DNA of 64,000 bases from Candidatus Omnitrophota bacterium (GCA_044225175.1 JBGAJA010000001.1:70994-134993), one strand, 5' to 3'; positions 49,290-59,322 are shown, counted from the first letter of the stretch. Numbers and translations are program-made. Notes: a model not told the origin generated them from the sequence alone.

Positions 49290-50003
49290 ATGCCTAAACT
49301 AGGGATTAACATAGATCATGTCGCAACCCTGCGTCAAGCTCGTCGAGAAATAGATCCTGATCCTATTTTAGCGGCCCGTATTTGCCAACAGCAGGGCATT
49401 CACAGTATAGTAGCCCATCTCAGAGAAGACCGACGCCATATCCAAGATATAGACATTGTCATGTTGCGTAAGTGTGTGAAGACAAGATTCAATCTGGAAA
49501 TGTCTATCGCTAAAGATATTGTTAAGCTGGCTTTGGATATCAAACCAGATCAAGTAACTTTAGTTCCTGAAAGAAGACAAGAAATTACAACGGAAGGTGG
49601 ATTGAATGTTGTGCAGCTCAGAAATAAACTCCTTCCTGTGTGTGAGAAATTTAAGAACAATGGAATTGAAGTCAGTCTTTTTATCGCTCCTGATAAGAAA
49701 CAAATCGATGCGTCCAAAGCATTAAATGTCCCTATGATTGAATTACACACCGGCGCCTATGCCCATGCCTTTTCTAATGGAGAAGAAGCCAAAGAATTGG
49801 CCAAGATCAAAGCGATGACAGCGTATGCCCTAAAGTTAGGGTTAATTGTCCATGTTGGTCATGGGCTGAATTATCAGAATGTTTCTAAGATTGCACGTAT
49901 ACCTGGAATCACAGAGTTAAATATTGGGCATTCCATTATCTCTCATGCTGTTTTTGTCGGACTCAAACAAGCGGTTAAAGAAATGTTAGAGAAAATCAAA
50001 TGA
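49290..50003 (+). CDS. pdxJ: Pyridoxine 5'-phosphate synthase
   Basis: LGINIDHVATLRQAR, HLREDRRHIQ, TTEGG, IELHTG, GHGL, ELNIGHS. Confidence 0.98.
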   Translation: MPKLGINIDHVATLRQARREIDPDPILAARICQQQGIHSIVAHLREDRRHIQDIDIVMLRKCVKTRFNLEMSIAKDIVKLALDIKPDQVTLVPERRQEITTEGGLNVVQLRNKLLPVCEKFKNNGIEVSLFIAPDKKQIDASKALNVPMIELHTGAYAHAFSNGEEAKELAKIKAMTAYALKLGLIVHVGHGLNYQNVSKIARIPGITELNIGHSIISHAVFVGLKQAVKEMLEKIK

Positions 50004-50347
50004 TTCATGGAGTCGGAACAGATATCGTTGAAGTGGATAGAATCCGTAAAGCAGTCAAACGATGGGGCAAGAGGTTCTTACAACATATTTTGACCGATGA
50101 GGAAATTGAATTTGCTAAGCGATATCGCTTTCCTTTTGAACATTACGCGGGGCGTTTTGCTGCCAAAGAAGCTATTTTTAAAGCGGTTGGAGACCCTAAA
50201 CTAGCTTGGCACGATATTACAATTACTAATGACAAAGAAGGTAAGCCTGTATGTCAGCATCGCAACAAGAAATTTAAGAAGAATATTTTAATTTCCATTT
50301 CTCATTCTAAAGAATATGCAACAGCCTTCTGTATTGTTACGTCGTAA
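50000..50347 (+). CDS. acpS: Holo-ACP synthase
   Basis: GVGTDIVE, AGRFAAKEA, ISISH. Confidence 0.96.
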   Translation: MIHGVGTDIVEVDRIRKAVKRWGKRFLQHILTDEEIEFAKRYRFPFEHYAGRFAAKEAIFKAVGDPKLAWHDITITNDKEGKPVCQHRNKKFKKNILISISHSKEYATAFCIVTS

Positions 50348-51140
50348 TCCTCGACTTAATAAAAAAGACTTTGGCCATGTTCTAGTTGTGGCTGGCTCTA
50401 AAACTATGCTTGGAGCTTGTGCGTTATGTTCTTTATCTGCCATGCGTTCCGGAGCTGGTTTGGTGACAGCCGCAGTTGCCAAAAGTCTCAATCTCACGTT
50501 GCAGAAGAAAATATCTCCCGTTATTATGACCTTGCCCTTACCTGAGAATTCTAAAGGGGAATTATCTTTGAAAGCATTTGATGTTTTGAAGAAGAATTTT
50601 TCTAAATATGTTGCGATTGCCATTGGCCCTGGCCTAGGACTTCATCCCAACACTCAGCAATTGATTTATAGAATGGTGGAAAATTATGCTGGTCCTATGG
50701 TTGTAGATGCTGATGCATTGAACGCTTTAGCCAAAAATCTTAAACCTTTAAGAAACGCGAAAGGGCCAAGAATTCTGACTCCACATCTTGGAGAAATGAA
50801 CCGTTTGATGGGACAAACAGTAGGAGACCGCAAAAAGATGGCTCTAGATTTTGTTAGACAAAACCATTGCGTGCTGGTTCTTAAAGGACCACACACTTTG
50901 ATTGCTTCTAAAAGTAAAGTTGTTGTCAACGCGACCGGAAATGTAGGTATGGCCACAGCTGGTAGTGGGGATGTCCTGACAGGAATGATTGTGGGGATAT
51001 TAGGGCAGGGAGTAGAGGCTTTTCAAGCTGCTCAATTAGGGGTCTACTATCACGGAAAAGCTGGAGATAAGGCGGCACAATTGAGATCTAAAGCATCTAT
51101 GATTGCGACGGACATTATTGAGAATATTAAAATATGTTAA
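50316..51140 (+). CDS. nnrD: ADP-dependent NAD(P)HX dehydratase, stand-alone (no epimerase domain)
   Basis: FGHVLVVAGS, GAGLV, IGPGLG, VDADAL, LTPH, MATAGSGDVL. Confidence 0.93.
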   Translation: MQQPSVLLRRNPRLNKKDFGHVLVVAGSKTMLGACALCSLSAMRSGAGLVTAAVAKSLNLTLQKKISPVIMTLPLPENSKGELSLKAFDVLKKNFSKYVAIAIGPGLGLHPNTQQLIYRMVENYAGPMVVDADALNALAKNLKPLRNAKGPRILTPHLGEMNRLMGQTVGDRKKMALDFVRQNHCVLVLKGPHTLIASKSKVVVNATGNVGMATAGSGDVLTGMIVGILGQGVEAFQAAQLGVYYHGKAGDKAAQLRSKASMIATDIIENIKIC

Positions 51141-53029
51141 ATATATGGTATCAATCTTTAACTAAACAGGATACTGCAAGAGTCTTATATTTTGGCATTG
51201 CGTTATATGTCTTACTATTTTTCACATGGTGCTATTTAAAGTTTGTTAATTTCGGTTATTACGACTTTGATTTTGCCATTCATGACCAGGTGATTTGGAA
51301 TATTGGACATGGAAACGTTTATAACTCTATTCTTGGGGTTAATTTTCTAGGCAATCACATCCATTTTATTTCTTTTCTGATTGCGCCTATATACCTTATT
51401 TTTAGCCATCCATTGACCTTATTGCTTTTGCAAACCCTGGCCCTTGCTTTAGCAGCTATTCCCATTTATAAGCTTGCTGAGGGTATTGTTGGATATCGCT
51501 TAGCGCTGGCTGTAGGCCTGGTGTATCTTTTATACCCTGGCCTTGGATATACCAATCTTTTTGAGTTTCATCCTCCTGTGTTTGCAACATTCTTTCTAGC
51601 ATGGATGTTTTATTACTTTTATCAAAGTAAAACAGTGCCTTTTGTGATCTCTATGGTGTTGTCGTTATTGTGTCAGGAAAACATTTCATTGGGGGTGGCT
51701 GCGCTTGGTTTGTATGCCCTTTGTACAGGGAGGAATCGAACATACGGGGTGATTGCTTTAATCTGTGGAAGTGTTTATTTTATCCTTTGCGTGAAATTCC
51801 TGATGCCTTATTTTAACCAAGACACCATTCAATTTATTAAGATTTACGGCCAATTAGGAGGCTCATTTCCGGAAGTCATCAAAACCCTTTTGACTGATCC
51901 TTTTAGGGTTTATCTTGTTCTTAATCAACCTGAGAAAATCAAGTATGTGTCGGACCTTCTGGTTTCATTGTCATTTCTACCTTTGCTAAGTCCTGTATCC
52001 TGGATTCTTTCTTTACCATTTTTAGCCCAGCATCTTTTATCCTCCAGGGTCAGTGAAGTCACCTTGCACTATCACTACACAGCGGAATTGATTCCTCCAT
52101 TGTTTGTGGCTTTTATTTGGGGGTTGGACAGGTTTCGACGTTCCAAGCTATTGGTGAAAAGAGAATATTTTATAGGGGCATTCATTATCATCGTCGCACT
52201 AATAGCCACTGTAATGTTAGGCCCTCACTTTAGATTTCTAAAAGAATGGAGGAATTATCCGCCTCAATATGTTTCAGAGCAAAAATTGAGTTTAATCAAC
52301 GAAATCCCTAAAGATGCTTCTGTTGCTTCTACATTTGAAGTTTTACCCCATTTATCGCATCGAGCGAATCTGTATTCGTTTCACCATATTTACTCAGGGC
52401 TTTTTACCATGTCTGAGAAGAAATATCATTTGCCCCAGAAGGTTGATTACGCTCTGCTTGACTTCAATGATCCCTTAACTTTTCGTGGTTTTTATGTTCC
52501 TGGAAAACACCAAAACATTGCGTCATTTTTGAAAGAAGAGAATTTGGGTGTTCTGGATGTTAAAGACAGTATTGTTTTATTCAAAAAAGGCATTAAAGAT
52601 CAATATCCCTTATTTACCGTATCAGATACAGATTTTTTGCCTCATCAGTTTTCAATTATAGTTAATCGAACTATTGAATTGTATGCTTATCAGATCAAAG
52701 AACATAAAGATCCTCTTCATATCGTTCTTTATTGGAAGCTTATTCAACCTACTTCCAGAGACGTGAATATATTCATTGATTTTATGGATGAGAACTACAA
52801 GATACTCAATAGACAATTTAGACCCATAGCCTATCGAATATGGCCGACTCACGCTTGGCAGAACAATCAATCTGTAGAAGAACATCTCTATGTGACTATT
52901 CCACCTATGATCAAAAAGAATTTCAAGCATTTAATGATAGGATTTTATGATTATCAGACGGGTCAATTGCTACCCTCAAATGCTAAGGATGACTCTGGAA
53001 GAATAAAAATCGATTTAAACTCTAAATGA
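51134..53029 (+). CDS. DUF2079-like multi-TM protein, putative GT-C glycosyltransferase, with soluble C-terminal domain
   Basis: YYDFAIHDQ, FLGNH, LLLLQ, FEFHP, CQEN, HYHY, IPKDASVAS..PHLSHR. Confidence 0.8.
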   Translation: MLNIWYQSLTKQDTARVLYFGIALYVLLFFTWCYLKFVNFGYYDFDFAIHDQVIWNIGHGNVYNSILGVNFLGNHIHFISFLIAPIYLIFSHPLTLLLLQTLALALAAIPIYKLAEGIVGYRLALAVGLVYLLYPGLGYTNLFEFHPPVFATFFLAWMFYYFYQSKTVPFVISMVLSLLCQENISLGVAALGLYALCTGRNRTYGVIALICGSVYFILCVKFLMPYFNQDTIQFIKIYGQLGGSFPEVIKTLLTDPFRVYLVLNQPEKIKYVSDLLVSLSFLPLLSPVSWILSLPFLAQHLLSSRVSEVTLHYHYTAELIPPLFVAFIWGLDRFRRSKLLVKREYFIGAFIIIVALIATVMLGPHFRFLKEWRNYPPQYVSEQKLSLINEIPKDASVASTFEVLPHLSHRANLYSFHHIYSGLFTMSEKKYHLPQKVDYALLDFNDPLTFRGFYVPGKHQNIASFLKEENLGVLDVKDSIVLFKKGIKDQYPLFTVSDTDFLPHQFSIIVNRTIELYAYQIKEHKDPLHIVLYWKLIQPTSRDVNIFIDFMDENYKILNRQFRPIAYRIWPTHAWQNNQSVEEHLYVTIPPMIKKNFKHLMIGFYDYQTGQLLPSNAKDDSGRIKIDLNSK

Positions 53030-53038
53030 GGAAGATAT

Positions 53039-54724
53039 ATGTCTATAAAAGTTGTGTGTAATCTGTGCGGTTCAGACCACTATCAAGTTGTCTATGATAC
53101 TTTGGTTGGAGAAGAAGAAGGCGACTATAGCGATTCTTATAAGATCACTGATCATAGTGTTAGTTGTGCTGTTCGAATAGTGAAGTGTTCCAAATGCGGT
53201 TTGATTTATATGAATCCTCGAATAGATCAAACAAAGATTGTTTCAAATTATAAGAATATGGTTGATGACTTTTATGTCATGGAAGAAGAGGGAAGGCGGG
53301 AATCGGCAAGGTCTATTTTAAGGTATCTTAAGAAATTAAATAAAACAGGCAGGATTTTAGACGTAGGGTGTGCAACAGGATTTCTTTTAGATGGGGCCCG
53401 TAAGATGGGCTGGGAGGTTTATGGGGTTGAGCTCTCCAGTTGGGCTGTAGATTATGCAAAAAACAAGCTTCAACTGCCTAACATTACTCAAGGGTCATTA
53501 AAAGAAGCCAATTATCCTGCTAATTTCTTTGATGTGGTTGTGCTTAAAGATGTGATTGAACATTTAACCGACCCTAAAGATACTCTTGAGGACATTCGTC
53601 ATATTTTAAAACCTTTGGGTGTCATGTGCTGCAACACTCCTGATATTGATAGTTTGATGAGTAAGATGCTGGGAGCCAAATGGTGGGGGATCAAACAATC
53701 TCATTTATTCTATTTTAATAAGCACAATTTAAGTGCTTTATTTAAGGCTACAGGTTTTGTATCTTTGAAGATTCGTTCTCATGCTAGAACCTTTACTTGG
53801 AATTACTGGTTGTCTAATTTGCTTGGCTATAGAAAGGGATTTGGCTTCTTGCGTAAGATGTTAGAGAAAAAACCGGCATGGGCCAATAATCTGTTTTGCC
53901 TTGATTTGGGAGATCAAATAGAGATTTTCGCTCGTAAAAGCAGGGAACTTAAGTATCTTCATGAGCTGGAATTGCCTGTTGAGTCGCCTGTTAATAAAAA
54001 GATGAAGGTATGCGTTGTTCTTCCAGCCTACAATGCTGCCCAAACACTCAAACGAACACTGGCAGATATTCCTAAAGATCTGGTTGATGAAATTATCTTA
54101 GTTGATGATGTGAGCCAAGACAATACGGTTGAAGTAGCTAAAAGTTTAGGTCTAAAAGTTTTTGTCCATGAGAAAAACAGAGGATATGGTGGAAACCAGA
54201 AAACATGTTACAAAAATGCCTTAGCTTCCGGAGCAGATGTGATTGTCATGCTTCATCCAGATTACCAATATGATCCAACAGCAATCACTCAATTGGTTGA
54301 GCCAATTTTAAAGGGAAGAGCAGATGCTGTATTTGGTTCTCGAATGATGAAAGGCGGAGCATTGGAAGGCGGCATGCCTTTGTGGAAGCATAATGCCAAT
54401 ATCCTTTTAACTGCGTTGGAAAATGTGGTTTTAGGGATTTATCTGACGGAATATCACTCAGGCTTTAGAGCTTACAGCGCCAAATATTTGAAGAGTGTTA
54501 ATTTGGAAGCTAATTCAGATGGCTTTGTGTTTGATACGGAAATTATTGTTCAGGGGGTCGTCAAGTACATGAAATTTGAGGAAGTCCCCATCAAAACACG
54601 ATATTTCGATGAAGCTTCCTCAATTAAACTATGGCCTTCCATCGTCTACGGACTAAATATTCTAAAGACCCTGCTCAAATTCTTTCTGTTTAAACGTGGG
54701 ATTAAATTTAAACAGTTTGAATGA
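53039..54724 (+). CDS. Fusion of Zn-ribbon class I SAM methyltransferase and GT2 (DPM-synthase-like) glycosyltransferase
   Basis: CNLC/CSKC, ILDVGCATG, DVIEHL; then VVLPAYN, VDDVSQD, NRGYGG, HPDYQY, GSR, SGFRAY. Confidence 0.88.
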   Translation: MSIKVVCNLCGSDHYQVVYDTLVGEEEGDYSDSYKITDHSVSCAVRIVKCSKCGLIYMNPRIDQTKIVSNYKNMVDDFYVMEEEGRRESARSILRYLKKLNKTGRILDVGCATGFLLDGARKMGWEVYGVELSSWAVDYAKNKLQLPNITQGSLKEANYPANFFDVVVLKDVIEHLTDPKDTLEDIRHILKPLGVMCCNTPDIDSLMSKMLGAKWWGIKQSHLFYFNKHNLSALFKATGFVSLKIRSHARTFTWNYWLSNLLGYRKGFGFLRKMLEKKPAWANNLFCLDLGDQIEIFARKSRELKYLHELELPVESPVNKKMKVCVVLPAYNAAQTLKRTLADIPKDLVDEIILVDDVSQDNTVEVAKSLGLKVFVHEKNRGYGGNQKTCYKNALASGADVIVMLHPDYQYDPTAITQLVEPILKGRADAVFGSRMMKGGALEGGMPLWKHNANILLTALENVVLGIYLTEYHSGFRAYSAKYLKSVNLEANSDGFVFDTEIIVQGVVKYMKFEEVPIKTRYFDEASSIKLWPSIVYGLNILKTLLKFFLFKRGIKFKQFE

Positions 54725-54771
54725 GGTAAAATTCTTCCCCCTTTATGGGAGGCTATGTTAATATTTTGACC

Positions 54772-56244
54772 ATGAATCAATACAAAATTTTTGTTAGCGG
54801 AGTTCAGAAAGAACTCAAAGAAGAACGTCGGACGATTAAAGATTTGATTCAAAAGAATTCTCTTTTGATGGATCATTTTGACGTTTTTTTGTTTGAAGAT
54901 TCACCTGCCAGAAGTAAATCTGCACAACATTCTTATCTTGCGGAAGTTAGAGACTGCGATATTTATATTGGTGTTCTGGGGAATCAATATGGCAACGTCA
55001 CTAAAGGTAAATTATCTCCTGTGGAAGAAGAGTTTCGTACTGCTCAAAAAGCTGACAAAGAGATTTTTCTTTTTATAAAAGGTGAAAATAGCCAGAATGA
55101 CAAGAATCGTGAGGTTGGAATCCAAAAACTTATCAAAGAAATCAAAGACCCTCGTAAAGGACATAGTTATAAGCGTTTTAATAACATCGATGAGTTGACG
55201 GATTCTGTTTTTGACAGTCTTGTTATTTTTTTGAAAGAAAAGGGCATAGTTGGACGCGGTGATTTTGACCAGAGAATATGTGAAGGGGCAACATTGAACG
55301 ATATTGATATGGAGAAGGTCAGATGGTTTATAAGAACGGCTAGAGCTAAACGTAATTTTCCGTTTGATGTGGACACGCCAATTAAAAAAGTTTTTACACA
55401 TTTAAAATTTCTTAATAAAGGACAATTGACCAATGCCGCAATACTTTTGTTTGGTAAGAATCCTCATCAATTTATTTTACAGGCAGAAATTAAATGTGCC
55501 CAATTTGCGGGCATGGAAGTAGTTAAGCCATTTTTAAATTTTAAGGTTTATAACGATAACTTATTTGAACAGGTGGATAAGGCAGTGGGTTTTGTATTAG
55601 ATTCGATCAAGATTGCATTACATCAACAAGAGGGGAAGGCCCAGGCTAAAAGAACTCCGGAAATTCCTTTGTTTGCTATTGAAGAGGCAATTGTAAATGC
55701 GGTCGCTCATCGAAATTATAATAATACTTCCGGGGTTCAAGTGATGGTATTTGCAGATCGGGTGGAAGTTTGGAATTCAGGGAGTTTACCATCGGATTTA
55801 TCTCTTGAAGATTTAAAAAAAGATCATACATCACATCCAGCTAATCCCCTTATAGCAGAAGGTTTTTATAATGCGGACTATATTGAACGCTTCGGATCAG
55901 GAACCACCGAGATGGTTTCTCAGTGTAAACAACAAGGATTGCCTGAACCGCAATTTATTCTTAAGCGTAATGTTGAGTTTAGAACGATATTATCCAGGGA
56001 TGTTTATAGTGAAGATATATTAAATAAGTTGAATCTGAATGAGCGGCAAATCAAAGCAATCAGATTTATTAAGGAACATGGAGAGATTTCCCGTAAAGAA
56101 TACGTTGATGTAGCTTCGATTTCCCCACGGCAAGCGTTATCAGATTTAGGTGATTTAGTGTCTCAAAAGATTGTTTTTTCTGTAGGTAAGGGACGATCTG
56201 TTAAGTATATATTGCGTAATAATCGCGCAGTAATCGCGCAATAA
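54772..56244 (+). CDS. DUF4062 + RecG-C/HATPase_c_4-like domain + C-terminal wHTH protein
   Basis: IFVSGVQKE...ER, CDIYIGVLG.QYG, SPVEEEF; TNAAILLFG, EAIVNAVAHRNY, DRVEVWNSG, IERFGSG; LNERQ; start moved to ATG 54772. Confidence 0.85.
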   Translation: MNQYKIFVSGVQKELKEERRTIKDLIQKNSLLMDHFDVFLFEDSPARSKSAQHSYLAEVRDCDIYIGVLGNQYGNVTKGKLSPVEEEFRTAQKADKEIFLFIKGENSQNDKNREVGIQKLIKEIKDPRKGHSYKRFNNIDELTDSVFDSLVIFLKEKGIVGRGDFDQRICEGATLNDIDMEKVRWFIRTARAKRNFPFDVDTPIKKVFTHLKFLNKGQLTNAAILLFGKNPHQFILQAEIKCAQFAGMEVVKPFLNFKVYNDNLFEQVDKAVGFVLDSIKIALHQQEGKAQAKRTPEIPLFAIEEAIVNAVAHRNYNNTSGVQVMVFADRVEVWNSGSLPSDLSLEDLKKDHTSHPANPLIAEGFYNADYIERFGSGTTEMVSQCKQQGLPEPQFILKRNVEFRTILSRDVYSEDILNKLNLNERQIKAIRFIKEHGEISRKEYVDVASISPRQALSDLGDLVSQKIVFSVGKGRSVKYILRNNRAVIAQ

Positions 56245-56258
56245 TTGCGCGATTACTG
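56220..56258. repeat. Tandem repeat plus perfect palindrome spanning the stop codon
   Basis: TAATCGCGCA twice (56220, 56231); arms CAGTAATCGCGCAAT(56228-56242)/ATTGCGCGATTACTG(56244-56258). Confidence 0.8.
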
Positions 56259-56497
56259 AACAGATCGAAAAGAGGACAAACGCGCCATAAATACGCCAAA
56301 TGCACCTTTCGTGGCCGTGATGATGTCTATGCCAAGGTATTGATCAATAATAAAACGTAAGCTTATCATTAAATGTTCTGAATGCCCGAATCAGGGATTC
56401 CTGTCTCCGGACAAATCGTATTTCTAATTAGTATGTTTAGAAATTTATGACACATCTTTTTGAAATTTTAGCCCTACGCAAGCGAATTCGTAAAGTA

Positions 56498-58027
56498 ATG
56501 AATAAATTAATCCTAATCTTATTTTTATTAATTCTTATCACTAGTAACGCGGTAGTTTTTGCTGAAACTATTAAACTTAAATCGGGTGCTTCTTTTGAAG
56601 GCGCTATTATTGAATTAACCGATGGTCATGTAACAATTGATAGAGGAAAGCTCGGTACATTTCGTATAGATTTTAGTGAGATCGATGATCAAACTCTTAC
56701 CGTTTTAAGAACTCTTCCTAAAGTAATACTTCAAGAACATAATTTTTCTAATCCAACTGCTGCCGTGAATCCTATCGATAGTTACGCGGGCGTGGATATC
56801 CCGAAACTTTTAAAAGCTAGAGGATACCCTGAAAATAGCTGGCCCAATCTTGAGAGAGAACTAAAGATATTTCTTGAGAAAATCAATCTTCCTAATTTAC
56901 AAAAGAAGGCTGTTGAAGCTAAGAAAACTCCAGAAGGGATCCGTGATCTTGCTCAGGAGCTTGGGAGGGCTATGGAGCGGCTAGGATATATTAATCATCT
57001 TTCTCCACCTCCTTTGATTAAAGGGCTTATTGACAGTTTAGGGGATGAAGATGTTGAGACTGTTGTTGGTAATGGTCCACATTCAGATCTAAATGGTGAA
57101 TTGTCTCGGGAGGATTATTTTGCATGTACTGTGTTATCACAATTGGGATTAATCGTTTTTGAACTTTTGGACATTGACGCTAGGGTGACAGTTTCTCCAG
57201 GGCATGTGTTTATCACAGCGTCCAATAGTGCTGGAAAGATTGTCTTTATTGATATTCTTAATCTTGTTTTTGAAATAGTTGATCTCGGATCATGGTATCG
57301 GCCGGTGAGTCAAGTATGGATATTAAAGGATGAGTACCGCTTGCCTTGGAATATGGTAGGTCTCCTTAGGATCAATCACCAAATGGGTCGAACAAAAGCA
57401 CCAGAAGTGCTTAAAGAAAAACTCAATATGTGGTACCCGTTTATTTTTATAACACAGCAACATAATGCAACAACCAATATATATAACAACCGTGGGCTTG
57501 CTTATTATCAAAGGGGCGATCTTAATCGGGCGCTTGCAGAATATGATCAAGCCTTGGCTATTGATCCAAACAATGTGGAGGCCCATTCCAACCGAACTAT
57601 TGTTTATACTATAAAGAAAGATTTTAACCGTGCTCTTGCTGACATTAATGAGGCGTTGACCATAAATCCTAATGATGCTGAGGTCTACAATAATCGGGGG
57701 AATGTTTATAATGCAATGGAAGATCTTAATCGAGCGCTTATGGATTATAATGAGGCGATTAATTATGACCCGAGTCGGGCTTTATTCTACTTAAATCGTG
57801 GGGGAGTTTATTTTCAAATGAAGGATTTTAATCGATCTATAGAAGATTTTAATCAAGGGCTTTCCATCAATCCAAATTATGGAGATGTCTACTATTGGCG
57901 TGGCCTTGCATTTACAAAAATAAAAGATTTTAGTAGAGCTCTGGATGATATGAACAAAGCGCAAACATTAGGGGTACAGGTTTCTTCTAAAGTTTTAGAA
58001 GAACTTCATAAAGCTGCTGGCAGATAG
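56498..58027 (+). CDS. Secreted TPR protein with putative transglutaminase-like Cys-His-Asp domain
   Basis: Signal peptide MNKLILILFLL...VFA; FACTVLS, PGHVF, VFID; about 5 TPRs (YNNRG...). Confidence 0.8.
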   Translation: MNKLILILFLLILITSNAVVFAETIKLKSGASFEGAIIELTDGHVTIDRGKLGTFRIDFSEIDDQTLTVLRTLPKVILQEHNFSNPTAAVNPIDSYAGVDIPKLLKARGYPENSWPNLERELKIFLEKINLPNLQKKAVEAKKTPEGIRDLAQELGRAMERLGYINHLSPPPLIKGLIDSLGDEDVETVVGNGPHSDLNGELSREDYFACTVLSQLGLIVFELLDIDARVTVSPGHVFITASNSAGKIVFIDILNLVFEIVDLGSWYRPVSQVWILKDEYRLPWNMVGLLRINHQMGRTKAPEVLKEKLNMWYPFIFITQQHNATTNIYNNRGLAYYQRGDLNRALAEYDQALAIDPNNVEAHSNRTIVYTIKKDFNRALADINEALTINPNDAEVYNNRGNVYNAMEDLNRALMDYNEAINYDPSRALFYLNRGGVYFQMKDFNRSIEDFNQGLSINPNYGDVYYWRGLAFTKIKDFSRALDDMNKAQTLGVQVSSKVLEELHKAAGR

Positions 58028-58034
58028 GGAACGT

Positions 58035-59240
58035 TTAGAAGTTTCTTTCAATTTTTCCTGTGATCTTGGCCCCTTGAGTATTGATTTTACCTGCCGCACG
58101 ACCAAAACACATACCCATAGCTTCATAAATAGCTACTTGGCTTACGTCGACAAATCTCTGTTGGATAGCTTCTTTAGTATCCATATAACGAATTTGACCG
58201 CCGCTAATTCCAGCTACAGTCACGCCTGAAATGCCTTGATTAAGAAGGATAAAAGCTCCTGCGCCAACTTCTTTTCCGAAATTAACGTCATAAGCACTCG
58301 AATGTCCGCAGCGGACTAAGTGACCTGGGGTGACAGCACGAACTTCTGGGATTTCATTAATTCCTTTAACGTACATATTGGCTTTTTTCATTAGCTCAAT
58401 GATTTCAGGGTCGGCCTTCAGACGTTTGGTTAATTGCTGAGAGACGTATGTTCCAGCACCAGCTAAGCGTTTATGGCCGAAGGCATCCACGGGTGAGTTT
58501 TCATCAACGATATCAGATCCACTGGCATCTTTAATGCCTTCTGCAACGACAATCATGTAGGTCCCCGCATGAACATCGCTGTCTTTGATGCGCTTAAAAT
58601 AGCGTTGTTTCATGTGTTGATAAAGAATATCAAAATCACAGGCAATTTCAGGGATGATGATGGCATCAATGTCAGCAGCGACGCCGCCGCGAAAGGCGGT
58701 GTGTCCCGCATAGCGGCCGAATACTTCCATGACTAAGATACGATTATGGGTTGCGGCCGTTGTTTTTAAGTCTTCAAGAAATGTGGCAATACGATTGATC
58801 GTAGAGTCAGCACCTACGGAATAGGTTTGAAGGTCAAGATCCATAGTTTTGGGAGCATGAACGCAGGGGATACCATGTTCAGTTAAGTCGACAAGCACAC
58901 TTCCAGAATCATCACCACCGGAAATAATGAGGCCTTCAAGCTTGAATTTCTCCATGCCTTTTTTAATACGATCATATTTATTAGGATCTTCGATTTTTTT
59001 AATTTTAACTCTGGAATGGCCAGCCTCAGAACCTGCGAGGTTGGTATTGATTTTATCTAAGCGAGCTTCGGTTAATTCAGTCAATGTATCGAAATCAAGG
59101 AGGTTATAAAGACCAGCATAACCATTAGGGATGATAAAGCAGGAAACACCATGAGCGCGCGCCATAGAAGCGGCACCCTTAATAACACCATTTAAACCTC
59201 CGCAATCACCCCCGGAAGTAATAATACCAACACGTTTCAT
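58035..59240 (-). CDS. pfk: Phosphofructokinase, probably PPi-dependent
   Basis: TSGGDCGGLN, GGDDS (Asp at the phosphoryl-donor specificity position), PKTMD, EVFGR.AGH. Confidence 0.9.
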   Translation of the reverse strand: MKRVGIITSGGDCGGLNGVIKGAASMARAHGVSCFIIPNGYAGLYNLLDFDTLTELTEARLDKINTNLAGSEAGHSRVKIKKIEDPNKYDRIKKGMEKFKLEGLIISGGDDSGSVLVDLTEHGIPCVHAPKTMDLDLQTYSVGADSTINRIATFLEDLKTTAATHNRILVMEVFGRYAGHTAFRGGVAADIDAIIIPEIACDFDILYQHMKQRYFKRIKDSDVHAGTYMIVVAEGIKDASGSDIVDENSPVDAFGHKRLAGAGTYVSQQLTKRLKADPEIIELMKKANMYVKGINEIPEVRAVTPGHLVRCGHSSAYDVNFGKEVGAGAFILLNQGISGVTVAGISGGQIRYMDTKEAIQQRFVDVSQVAIYEAMGMCFGRAAGKINTQGAKITGKIERNF

Positions 59241-59288
59241 ATGAATAACTCCTTCTACAAATAAGGTTAGGTTGTTAATGAAGGCAAT

Positions 59289-59317
59289 AAGGTAGCATAA
59301 AAGAATGAGTAAATCAA
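59289..59317 (-). promoter_or_regulatory. Promoter for pfk
   Basis: Minus strand TTGATT-17-TACCTT with extended TG. Confidence 0.55.
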
Positions 59318-59322
59318 TGGAG

